Shown: piece after piece, positions 1 to 8,599 of the stretch
How the letters are laid out: every line of letters starts with the position of its first letter
Numbering within the stretch: position 1 is the stretch's first letter
Source of the DNA: an uncultured Eubacteriales bacterium
GTDB lineage: Bacteria; Acidobacteriota; Aminicenantia; Aminicenantales; Saccharicenantaceae
Direction of reading: 5' to 3'
NCBI GenBank assembly: GCA_964523615.1
Contig: CAZFZU010000003.1
Location: 5,659 to 69,658, forward strand
Length of the DNA: 64,000 nt
Made by a program: the position numbers and the translations under genes
The notes under the pieces: generated by a model
What the model was told of the DNA's origin: nothing
Databases searched by the model: none
Seen by the model: the letters and a program-made list of their open reading frames with translations, nothing else

Positions 1-187
1 CGCCGTCCGTGACGGTCCAGACGCCGGCCGGGAACTCGGCGTCGGAGAGGTCGGCGGCGAACAGCGGGGTCCAGGCGGGCTCGGCCGCGGCGGGCGCCGC
101 CGGCGCCTCGGCTTTCTTGCAGGCCGCCGTCCAAGCCATCGTGAGGGCGATCAGCAGAATGGGAACGAAGAGGGATCTTGCGCGCAT
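1..187 (-). CDS. secreted protein, N-terminal part only (gene runs off the left window edge); DUF1080/LamG-like (3-keto-disaccharide hydrolase-like) N-terminus
   Basis: Reverse-strand ATG at 187; translation MRARSLFVPILLIALTMAWTAACKK...AWTPLFAADLSDAEFPAGVWTVTDG gives a signal peptide plus a W-x-x-LF...W motif typical of DUF1080 proteins. Not in the ORF track because it is incomplete. Confidence 0.4.
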   Translation of the reverse strand, partial: MRARSLFVPILLIALTMAWTAACKKAEAPAAPAAAEPAWTPLFAADLSDAEFPAGVWTVTDG

Positions 188-395
188 GGTCGGGACTCCT
201 TTTCTGGTGCGTCTTCCTTCAACTCCGTCGACCAACTCTATCAAGAATCGGGGCCGAGGGAAATAGGACCGCCGCCGACGGTGAGCTCTGGGGCACGGAC
301 CCCTTGGACATGCCGCCTCCCGGCTCGGCCTCGTGCTTGCCAATCCCGCGGCGCCGTACTATCCTGGAGCCCAGCTCCCCGAAGGAGGTCCCGCG

Positions 396-1493
396 ATGAA
401 CAGACCTTTCCGGTCCGTGCTCCCGGTCGCCCTGGCCGCCGTCCTCATACTCGCGTCCTGCGCGCCCAAGCCGGCCGCGACGGTCCCCGCCGCCGCGCCC
501 AGGCCGCTCGTCCTGGGCATGCACGCCATCACCGAGACCGACGCCGACGCCCGGACCCTCATCGGCGAGGTCCCGGCCTTGGCCAAGCGCGGCGTGAACC
601 TCCTCATCGTCGAGGTCGACTACTGGTACGATTACGCCTCCCATCCCGAGCTCCGGATGGATAACCCGGTCAAGAAGGAGACCGTCAAGGCCCTGCTCGC
701 CGCCTGCCGCTCCCGCGGCATCCGCGTCGTGCCGCAGTTCCAGAGCCTCGGCCACCAGTCCTGGGCCGAGAAGACCTTCCCTCTCCTCGTCAAGTACCCC
801 CAACTCGACGAGACCCCGAACAAGTACCCCGGCAACAAGGGCCAGGACCCCTGGGGCACCGACTTCTACTGCCGCAGCTGGTGCCCCCTCCACCCGGACC
901 TCCCGCCGATCGTCAACGACCTCTACGACGAGCTTCTCGACGCCTTCGAGGCCGACGCCCTCCACGTCGGCATGGACGAGGTCTTCATCATCGCCGACGC
1001 CGACTGCCCCCGCTGCGGCGGCAAGACCACGGCCGAGATCTTCGCCCGGGCCGTCGACGACGCCTACGACCACATCGTCCGCAAGCGGGGCAAGGAGATG
1101 ATGATGTGGGCCGACCGCCTCCTCGACGGCCAAGCCACGGGCTACGGCCTGTGGGAAGCGTCCATGAACGGCACGGACAAGGCCATCGACATGATCCCCA
1201 AGGACATCGTCATGTGCGACTGGCACTACGAGCCGAAGTACCCGCGCCAGACCGCTCCGAAGTCCATATTCCCCTCGCCCAAGATCTTCGCCGACAAGGG
1301 CTTCCGGGTCCTGCCGACGAGCTTCAAGAACGTCGAGGCCGTCAACCGGTTCATCGACCAGTCGCTGGCCGTGCCCGGGGACAAGGTCCTCGGCCACCTG
1401 TGCACGGTCTGGAACCCCATCAAGGCGGGGCAGTCCGGCAAGCTCAAGCAGCTCAAGGCCGCTTCGAAGAAGATCAAGGCGGCCCGGGGCTGA
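396..1493 (+). CDS. glycoside hydrolase family 20-like (beta-N-acetylhexosaminidase catalytic domain) lipoprotein
   Basis: ORF 333..1493 with an internal ATG at 396 preceded by GAAGGAGG. N-terminus MNRPFRSVLPVALAAVLILASC is a lipoprotein-type signal. H-x-G-x-DE motif (LHVGMDEVF) and a TIM-barrel-like segment resemble the GH20 catalytic domain. Confidence 0.6.
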   Translation: MNRPFRSVLPVALAAVLILASCAPKPAATVPAAAPRPLVLGMHAITETDADARTLIGEVPALAKRGVNLLIVEVDYWYDYASHPELRMDNPVKKETVKALLAACRSRGIRVVPQFQSLGHQSWAEKTFPLLVKYPQLDETPNKYPGNKGQDPWGTDFYCRSWCPLHPDLPPIVNDLYDELLDAFEADALHVGMDEVFIIADADCPRCGGKTTAEIFARAVDDAYDHIVRKRGKEMMMWADRLLDGQATGYGLWEASMNGTDKAIDMIPKDIVMCDWHYEPKYPRQTAPKSIFPSPKIFADKGFRVLPTSFKNVEAVNRFIDQSLAVPGDKVLGHLCTVWNPIKAGQSGKLKQLKAASKKIKAARG

Positions 1494-1511
1494 TCCGGGC
1501 CGTCCTCCGGC

Positions 1512-4274
1512 TCACTTCGCCGCCGTGACGAGGTTGCGCCGGCGCAGCTCGTCGAGCCCGCTCTCCCACGGCCCCGCCGCGGCCCACATATAATAGGAAA
1601 AGTAGCGGACCGTCTTCTGGAAAATGGGCACCCAGGGCTGGAACTCGGCGTAGTAGTGGGCCGACTCGCCGTTGGACGGGTGGTTCATCCACATGTGCAG
1701 GAACTCGGGCTCGCTCACGGGGAAGGCCCCGACGAACGAGACGTCCTCGACCGTGTCCCGCCCGGCGTTCCAGCCCTCCTTCAGGAAGAAGACCCGGCCG
1801 AAATACTCCTCCGGCCGCATCCGGACCTCTTCGCGCCCGGTCTTGGCCGGGACGACGAAGACGTCCTCGGGCCCATGCTTCTCGCCCAAGGCCAGGATGG
1901 GCTGCGGGCCGAGCATGTTCAGCTCCGGGTTGATGAAATCGATGGCGAAGCGGACCTCGAGCAGGGGAGAGGCGCCGTCGAGGGTGAAGACCTTCTCCAG
2001 CCGGTTGCCGTAGTAGTCGGCCGTCATGCGGACCGCCGCCGCCGTCCCGCCGTTCTGGACGATCTCCGCGTCGTAGACCTTGTGCGTCTCGATCGAGGCC
2101 TGGCCCAGGAAGTCCTCGAAGCCGCCGTAGGGATAGAAGCCCCGCTCGCGGAAGGGCCGCCGGTCCGAGTATTCCTTCTCCGGCCAGAGCTTGAACAGGA
2201 CGTTGTCGTTCTTCTCTTTGACGATATACTCGATGACCCGGGCCCCGATCGCGAGCAGCGTCACCTTGACCTTGTCGTTCTCGAGCCGGTACTCCATGAT
2301 CCCGTCGCCGTCGAGATCCACGGACGTCACGCTGACCGCGCCCGCGGGCTCGCCGACCCCCAGCTGGGTCTCGGCCGTGACGCCGAGGGCCGTCGTTTTG
2401 ACGACATAAGAGCCCGGCCGGAGCGGCAGCTTGAACTCGAGGGCCTGGTGCTCGCCTGTCGGCGCCGTCCCGGTCAGGGCCGTGGCCAGTACCGGCGTCC
2501 CGAGCTTGTCTTTGGCGTAGACCTTGACCTCGACGGGATATGATCTTCCATCCGTAAAGTTGTGAATGGAAACGGGATAGACGATCTCCGGGGCCCGCCC
2601 GTAGAGCAGCTTGTGGACGGACACGGCCGGCGGCAGGTCGAGCACGGACATGGTCCGTTTTATGCCGCCTTTCCACTTCAGTTCGACCAGGATGGGGTTG
2701 GCCTTGCCCATGGCCGCGGCCGTCGGCTGGATCCTGAATCCATAGGCCCAGGATCCCCGGCCGGGCTCCAAGGGGATCTCGATCGTTCCCTTTGTCGACC
2801 GGACAGCCGTGTTCGATGTGCCCTCGAATACGGCCTCGAGCTCCGGCCCTGTCCGGACTTCGAGCGCCGCCGGGAAAGCCGAGCCGGTCCGATTCGACGG
2901 CACGACCGTCAATCCGTAACGGCTGAGATCCACGTCGAGTTGAACGACGTCCCCGAACGCTCTCTCGAGATAGGCGCGGTCGAGCAGGAGCAGCTGAAGG
3001 GCGCTCCGGAACGGCTTCGGCCCCATCATCCGTCCTTGCGGCAGGATGCCGACGGCCCGCCGGCCCATGATGGCCCGCCACATCTCGTCCCGGGTCCAGC
3101 GCCGTCCCTTTTCCGCGAAGAGGACCATGCAAGCCGGGGCTTCGTCCTTGACGAGGCCTGTCTGGAGGATGAAAGGCACGTCCTCGGTGTCGATCTGTTC
3201 CTTGTTGCCGTCGATGGCGATCTGGCCGTCGTATTCGAACTTGTCGCAGTCCGGCGCCCAGACCGGCCGGAAGACGTGACCGCCCCGGTCCTTGACGAAC
3301 GCGATCCACTCCTCCTCGGTCGGCATGTCCTGGATCTTGAAGCCCTCGTAGCTTTTCAGCCCGTAGCCGACCGTACCCAGGCTGTGCGTGGCCTTGCCCG
3401 TGCCGACGTCGACCGGGATGTCCAGTCCCACTTTCCCCAGCCATTCGGGGAGCTGCTCCCGCATCAGGAAATCCATGTAACCGCTGAAGGTGAACCAATC
3501 GTTGCCCTGGTCCAATCCCTGCCCGATGACCTCGAGCGGGTGGCCCGGATGGCAGGTGACGCTGTGAAGGAGCGTTCCCGTTCCGAACCAGCCGCGATGG
3601 AGGTCGAAGCGGTCGACGACGTCTCTCAGGCCGGCCAGGAGGTCCTTGAGCCGCCGCCGGTCCCGTCCCTCTCCGGCCAGGACGGCGAACAGGCGCCGCC
3701 CGTCGCGGGCGAGCGTGAAGGCCAAGACCTCCCGGTAGCCGGACGCTCGGGATTGGTGGCTGCCGATGGCGCCCCCCGCCCAGGGGAAGCCGGGGGCTTT
3801 GAGCCGCAGCCGGGCGGCCAGCGGGCCCGCGGGATCGGCCCAGACGAGGACATCGCCCTTCGCTAGGGCCCGCGCCAGGGCCTCGTCCGAGGGGTCCGCG
3901 AGTTCGGCCGCGGGGCGCTCGAGCCAGGCGCCGAGGAAGCCCTCGTCGACGGCGAGACCGGCGAGGCCCAGCTCCTCGGCGATGTCGGCCTTGTTCTGGG
4001 CGATGGCCGACTCGACATCGGGCCGTCCCATCAGGAAGAGGTTGCCGTGCTGGGCCCACGACCAGGCCGCCGTCTGCCAGTAGTTCGTGTAGCCGCTGAA
4101 ACGGCCCCGGTATTCGACCGGCGCCCGGTCTATCGTCCTCGCCGGGCCGGGCCCGGACGAACGCGCGAAACCCTCGAGAACGTCCTGCGGCGCTCCGGGA
4201 ACGTTCCGGGGGCCCAGCAGGAGGAGCGCGGCCGCCAAGACCGCCGTCGATCCGATCCTCGCTCGATCTCTCAT
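1512..4274 (-). CDS. large (920 aa) secreted carbohydrate-active / glycoside-hydrolase-like protein, family not assignable by eye
   Basis: Long ORF with N-terminal signal peptide (AVLAAALLLLGPRNVPGAPQ). Size and composition fit a multi-domain CAZyme. Adjacent to the GH20-like gene. Confidence 0.5.
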   Translation of the reverse strand: MRDRARIGSTAVLAAALLLLGPRNVPGAPQDVLEGFARSSGPGPARTIDRAPVEYRGRFSGYTNYWQTAAWSWAQHGNLFLMGRPDVESAIAQNKADIAEELGLAGLAVDEGFLGAWLERPAAELADPSDEALARALAKGDVLVWADPAGPLAARLRLKAPGFPWAGGAIGSHQSRASGYREVLAFTLARDGRRLFAVLAGEGRDRRRLKDLLAGLRDVVDRFDLHRGWFGTGTLLHSVTCHPGHPLEVIGQGLDQGNDWFTFSGYMDFLMREQLPEWLGKVGLDIPVDVGTGKATHSLGTVGYGLKSYEGFKIQDMPTEEEWIAFVKDRGGHVFRPVWAPDCDKFEYDGQIAIDGNKEQIDTEDVPFILQTGLVKDEAPACMVLFAEKGRRWTRDEMWRAIMGRRAVGILPQGRMMGPKPFRSALQLLLLDRAYLERAFGDVVQLDVDLSRYGLTVVPSNRTGSAFPAALEVRTGPELEAVFEGTSNTAVRSTKGTIEIPLEPGRGSWAYGFRIQPTAAAMGKANPILVELKWKGGIKRTMSVLDLPPAVSVHKLLYGRAPEIVYPVSIHNFTDGRSYPVEVKVYAKDKLGTPVLATALTGTAPTGEHQALEFKLPLRPGSYVVKTTALGVTAETQLGVGEPAGAVSVTSVDLDGDGIMEYRLENDKVKVTLLAIGARVIEYIVKEKNDNVLFKLWPEKEYSDRRPFRERGFYPYGGFEDFLGQASIETHKVYDAEIVQNGGTAAAVRMTADYYGNRLEKVFTLDGASPLLEVRFAIDFINPELNMLGPQPILALGEKHGPEDVFVVPAKTGREEVRMRPEEYFGRVFFLKEGWNAGRDTVEDVSFVGAFPVSEPEFLHMWMNHPSNGESAHYYAEFQPWVPIFQKTVRYFSYYMWAAAGPWESGLDELRRRNLVTAAK

Positions 4275-4431
4275 GCCGTTCCTCCTCCGAAGCGCCTTGC
4301 GTTCCCTATCATTTACCCCATCCGGGCCTGGAATAGCAATCGGCCCAACCGCGGGACGGACGAACGCCCGGGAGAACGGGACGGGGACGGGCCCGAGGCC
4401 CGGCGCCGGGCGGTGACGCAGTCCGCGGCCG

Positions 4432-6222
4432 TCAGTCGCGGTAGAGGCCGTCGATGAGGGCGGCGTATTTCTGCTCGACGATCGTCCGCCGGACCTTCAG
4501 GGTCGGAGTGACCTCGCCGGCGTCGAGCTCGAACTCGCGGTCGAGGACCGCGACCTTCTTGATCCGCTCGTAGGACGCCAAGCCCGGCGTCATGCGGTTG
4601 GCCTCCTCGAGCAGGAAGGCGGCCACCTCGGGCCGGCGGCACAGGGCCGCCCGGTCCGCGAAGGCCCAGCCCTTGGCCTTGGCCAGGGCCTCGAGCTTGC
4701 CGAAGTCGGGCACGACCAGGGCCGAGATGAACTTGCGGCTGCTGCCGACGACGACGGCGCTCGTGATGTACGGGCTGGCCTGGACCAGGCCCTCGATGGG
4801 CTGGGGGGCGACGTTCTTGCCGCCCGAAGTGACGATGATGTCCTTCTTGCGGTCCGTGATGTACAGGAAGCCGTCCTCGTCGAAGCGGCCGATGTCGCCG
4901 GTGGCCAGCCAGCCGTCCCTGAGGACCTCGCGCGTGTCGGCCTCGTTCCTGTAGTAGCCCATCATGACGTTGGGCCCGCGGGCCAGGATCTCGCCGTCAT
5001 CGGCCAGGCGCAGGTCGACGCCCGGGATGGGCACGCCGGCGCTCCCGAAGCGGACCCGCTCGGGCGTGCTGCCGGTGAGGACGGGCGAGGTCTCCGTCAG
5101 CCCGTAGCCCGGCATGATGCGCAGGCCGATGGCGTAGAAGAACTCGGCGATGTCCCTCGACAGGGGGGCGCCGCCGCAGATGGCGTAGCGGATGCGGCCG
5201 CCCGTCTTGGCCAGGATCTTGCCGAAGACGAGCCGCCGGGCCAGCCCGTGCTTGACGGCCAGGTGGGCCGGCACGGGCTCCCGGGCGATCGTCTTGGCCG
5301 CGTGCTTCTTGCCCGTCGCCAGGGCCCAGACGAAGATGGCCCGCTTGACGCGGGACCCGGCCATGACCATGTCCATGATCCGGGTGTAGATCTTCTCGAA
5401 CAGCCGGGGCACGCTGACGATGATCGTCGGCCGGACCTCGACCATGTTCGTGGCCACGGCCTCGATGCTCTCGGCGTACGCCATGGAAGCGCCGACGTGG
5501 AACAGGAAGAACGTCGCCGTCCGCTCCAGGACGTGGGACAGGGGCAGGAACGACAGGCCGAGGTCGGTGTCGTTGAAATCGATGAAGGCGGCCAGCGACA
5601 GGACGTTGCTGACGAAATTGGCGTGGCTGAGCATGACGCCCTTGGGGACGCCCGTCGTTCCCGAGGTGTAGATGATGGAGGCCAGGTCCTCCGGCCGGAC
5701 GGCTTCGGCCGCCCTTTCGAACGCGCCCGGATCGGCCTCTTCGGCCCGCCGGCCCATCTCGACGACGTCCGACAGGGCGTGGGTGCCGGCCGGGGGATCG
5801 CCATCGACGACGATGACCCGCTCGAGCGCCGGCAGCCCGGCCCGAACGGCCTCGACCTTGCGCCACAGGTCGAGGTCGGAGCAGACGACGATCCGCGTCC
5901 CGGAGTCCTCGAGGAGGAAGCGGATCTGCTCGGGCAGGAGCGAGGTGTAGATGGGCACGGTGACGGCCCCGGCGGACAGGGTGGCGAGGTCGGCCATGAC
6001 CCACTCCGGCCGGTTCTCGGACAGGATGGCCAGCCGGTCGCCCGGCCCGAGGCCGAGCTCGCGGAAGCCGAGCGACAGGCGTCGGACACAGGCCTCGACC
6101 TCGTCCGTGGAGATCCGGGTCCAATCGGTCCCGGCCTTGAAGAGCATCCGGTCGGGCTTCTTAAAGGTCCGGCAGGAACGGAGGAAGAGGCGGCTGAGGG
6201 TGGTCACGGTGTCGTCGGGCAT
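4432..6222 (-). CDS. long-chain fatty acid--CoA ligase (AMP-dependent synthetase/ligase superfamily)
   Basis: 596 aa. AMP-binding signature IYTSGTTGVPKGVMLSHANF and a C-terminal ...GWLATGDIG...VTSGGKNVAP region typical of FadD-type ligases. Confidence 0.85.
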   Translation of the reverse strand: MPDDTVTTLSRLFLRSCRTFKKPDRMLFKAGTDWTRISTDEVEACVRRLSLGFRELGLGPGDRLAILSENRPEWVMADLATLSAGAVTVPIYTSLLPEQIRFLLEDSGTRIVVCSDLDLWRKVEAVRAGLPALERVIVVDGDPPAGTHALSDVVEMGRRAEEADPGAFERAAEAVRPEDLASIIYTSGTTGVPKGVMLSHANFVSNVLSLAAFIDFNDTDLGLSFLPLSHVLERTATFFLFHVGASMAYAESIEAVATNMVEVRPTIIVSVPRLFEKIYTRIMDMVMAGSRVKRAIFVWALATGKKHAAKTIAREPVPAHLAVKHGLARRLVFGKILAKTGGRIRYAICGGAPLSRDIAEFFYAIGLRIMPGYGLTETSPVLTGSTPERVRFGSAGVPIPGVDLRLADDGEILARGPNVMMGYYRNEADTREVLRDGWLATGDIGRFDEDGFLYITDRKKDIIVTSGGKNVAPQPIEGLVQASPYITSAVVVGSSRKFISALVVPDFGKLEALAKAKGWAFADRAALCRRPEVAAFLLEEANRMTPGLASYERIKKVAVLDREFELDAGEVTPTLKVRRTIVEQKYAALIDGLYRD

Positions 6223-6309
6223 GGTCCCTTCTTTCTCGGAGACCCATTATACAACTTTTTCGGGCCTCCTCGAGGGGAAAATGGCCGCCCGCGGCGGCGG
6301 GCCCGCCCG

Positions 6310-7884
6310 TCAGCGCTCGAGGATGAGCTTGATGAGCTCGGCGGCCTTGTCGGCGAAAGCGGGATGGGCGGCCGACAGCCGGGCCAGGTCGAGGGCCCGT
6401 TCGAGCGAGCCCGCGTTGTGGTACCCGGCGGCGCCGTTGTACTGGGCCGTGGCCTTGGTCGCCTGGACGGCCAGGACCTGGACCTTCTTGCGGATGACCA
6501 GGCGGTTGCGCCGCTCGAGCGCCATATCCGAGGCCTCGATCTCACCGATCTTCTTCTCCAGGGCCCGCTCCCGGTCCTCGAAGGACCCGGCCGCCCCGGA
6601 GAAGTAGATGCCCGAGTTCAGCCAGTCCTTGCGGTCGGCGTAGAGCCGCCCGAGGTGGAAGGCGGCGTCGGCGTCCTCGGGCGCGAGATCGAGGGCCTGG
6701 CGCAGGTCGCGCTCGGCGTCGTCGAGCCGGCCCTGCTTGTAGGCGACGATGCCGGAGAGCGTCGCGACGTCGGGGACGCCGACGAGGAAGACCTTGGCCG
6801 CCTCGACCTCCCGCCGGGCCTCCTCGAGCCGGCCGAGCTCGTGGAGGTTCCAGGCCGACCAGTAATGGCCTTCGCCCATGTAATAGGTGCCGAGCTCGAG
6901 GAGCCGGCTGAGGACGGCCAGGGCCTCCTCGTTCCGGCCGAGGTAACCGAGGGCCAGGCCCTTGCCGAGAAGGGCGTCTCGGTAGATCGGGAGGAGGGCC
7001 AGGGCCTTCTCGTTCCATTCGAGACAGGCCTCGGGCTCCTCCATCTGGAAAGCGACCTTGGCCAGCGAGATGAGGACGGAGAGCGATCCGGGGACGCGCC
7101 CGTCCGCTTCGAGATAGTGCTTCTCGGCCGTCAGCAGCTTTCCTGAAAGCAGGGCCGCCTCGCCGAGGTAGTGGTGGACCTCGGCGAAGCCCGGGTCCGA
7201 CGCCAGGAGCTTTTCGAGGGCGTCGAAATCGTAAGCCGGCGAGAGGGCCGCCTGGAACGCGACGAGCCGCGAAGCCGGGTGGAGGGCCACGGCCGTTTTT
7301 GGGTCGAACGCGTCCGTGAACTTATAGCCGAACGCGGTCCGCAGGGCCAGGCGGAGGGCGACGGCGAGGTCGTCGACCTTGGCCTCTGCCTCAAGCCCCC
7401 GGTCGATGTCGGCGATCCGGGCGTTGATCCAGTCGAGCTGGGCGTCGAGGTCCCGGCCGCCGATCCGGTCGAGGCCCGGATTGCCCTTGATCTTGACGGG
7501 CAGGCCGGCCAGGAGCTCGAGCCAGAGCCCGTATCGCTCGAGGGCCGGCTCTCGGGCGTCGAGGGGACCGGGGTCGAGCTCCGGCGCGCCCGGCGCCAAG
7601 CCCAGCTCTTTCGCCCTCAGGCCGAGGGCGATGGCCGCCCGGAGGCGCTTTTCGGCCGCCCCCGGCATCGCCGGGGAGGCTTCCGCGAGCTCCGCGTAGA
7701 TCCGGGCGGCGTCCTTGAGGGCGTTGAAATGGCCGGCCGAGAAGAGGGCGTCGGCCTCGGCCATCCGGGCCGCGGCCGCGGCGGCCGGGTCGGGACGGAC
7801 GGGAGCGCGGACGCCGGCCGCGGCGCAGGCGGCCGCGAGGCCGACGGCGCCGGCCAGGAGCGTGATCCCGATGGACCGCGTCAT
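6310..7884 (-). CDS. secreted tetratricopeptide (TPR) repeat protein
   Basis: Signal peptide (MTRSIGITLLAGAVGLAAACAAAG), then repeated A/L/Y/G-rich 34-residue TPR-like units (HYLGEAALLSGK..., YRDALLGKGLALGYLGRNEEA...). Confidence 0.65.
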   Translation of the reverse strand: MTRSIGITLLAGAVGLAAACAAAGVRAPVRPDPAAAAAARMAEADALFSAGHFNALKDAARIYAELAEASPAMPGAAEKRLRAAIALGLRAKELGLAPGAPELDPGPLDAREPALERYGLWLELLAGLPVKIKGNPGLDRIGGRDLDAQLDWINARIADIDRGLEAEAKVDDLAVALRLALRTAFGYKFTDAFDPKTAVALHPASRLVAFQAALSPAYDFDALEKLLASDPGFAEVHHYLGEAALLSGKLLTAEKHYLEADGRVPGSLSVLISLAKVAFQMEEPEACLEWNEKALALLPIYRDALLGKGLALGYLGRNEEALAVLSRLLELGTYYMGEGHYWSAWNLHELGRLEEARREVEAAKVFLVGVPDVATLSGIVAYKQGRLDDAERDLRQALDLAPEDADAAFHLGRLYADRKDWLNSGIYFSGAAGSFEDRERALEKKIGEIEASDMALERRNRLVIRKKVQVLAVQATKATAQYNGAAGYHNAGSLERALDLARLSAAHPAFADKAAELIKLILER

Positions 7885-8102
7885 AGAGCCTCCTCCGCCG
7901 GCACGGGCCGGCCCTCACCCCCGGGCTCCTCTCACCCGAGAATTCGTCCGTGCCCGGGACGTCGTTTAGGCCTCCCGCCGGGTAAAGCCCGTTGACGCCA
8001 TTGTAATATCCTTTACAGCCCCGGAAAAGCCCTCCGGGCGGGGACGCCCTTGGCATGTTCTATGCAATAATGGGAACAGTTCCGAAGAAAGGAGCCCCCC
8101 TC

Positions 8103-8525
8103 ATGGACCGTCGCGATTTCATGGGCAAGGCTAGCTGCGCCGCCGCCGCTTTCGTGGCCTCGGGATCCCTGGCTTCCGGGCAGGACAAGGCCAAACAGGC
8201 CGTTCCGCCGCCGCCTCCGCCGCCCCCCTCGCGCAAGAGGTACCGGATCGACATCGAGATCTTCGAGGCCCGCGAGGACACCTGGTGCCACAAGAAAGGC
8301 GACACCTTCGCCTACCCCGCCGATTGGGGCAAGCTCTGTCCGTGGCTCCGGGCCAGCCTCAACGAGTTCGTGCGCCTGCTCGAGAACGGGGTCAACCTGC
8401 CCTGGCGTTACGAAGGCACGCCCTACGAGAAGGTCATCGATCCCGACGGCGTGACCACCGAGTACGTCCGCTGCCCCGACCCCACCTCGGCCCTGGTGGC
8501 CAAGATCACCCGGACCCGGGTCTGA
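8103..8525 (+). CDS. TIGR04076-like cysteine-containing domain protein carrying a twin-arginine (Tat) signal and a poly-proline linker
   Basis: Start at MDRRDFMGKA (RRxFM Tat motif) preceded by AAAGGAG. PPPPPPPP linker. C-terminal ~90 aa (CHKKGDTF...LCPWLRASL...NLPWRYEG...YVRCPDP...AKITR) matches my recollection of the TIGR04076 C-P-W / Cys pattern. Confidence 0.5.
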   Translation: MDRRDFMGKASCAAAAFVASGSLASGQDKAKQAVPPPPPPPPSRKRYRIDIEIFEAREDTWCHKKGDTFAYPADWGKLCPWLRASLNEFVRLLENGVNLPWRYEGTPYEKVIDPDGVTTEYVRCPDPTSALVAKITRTRV

Positions 8526-8599
8526 CGGACGTCTGTCAACCTTTCCCGGCCCGGCGGAGTATTCTTTAGTTGTCGGGGAATGCCATCCAAGGAACAGCC

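Noticed and set aside
219-1397. Long ORFs on the strand opposite well-supported genes (e.g. 219..1397 -, 1474..4059 -, 8636..11440 -, 19337..22690 +, 35118..37520 -, 38167..39675 -, 50775..52598 -, 55233..57626 +)
   Set aside because: Arg/Gly/Pro/Ala-rich low-complexity translations typical of antisense frames in ~70% GC DNA. Each overlaps a gene with clear family signatures on the other strand or frame.
7885-8102. sigma70 promoter TTGACG / TAATAT upstream of the Tat-signal gene
   Set aside because: The -35-like and -10-like hexamers are only ~6 nt apart, which is incompatible spacing.
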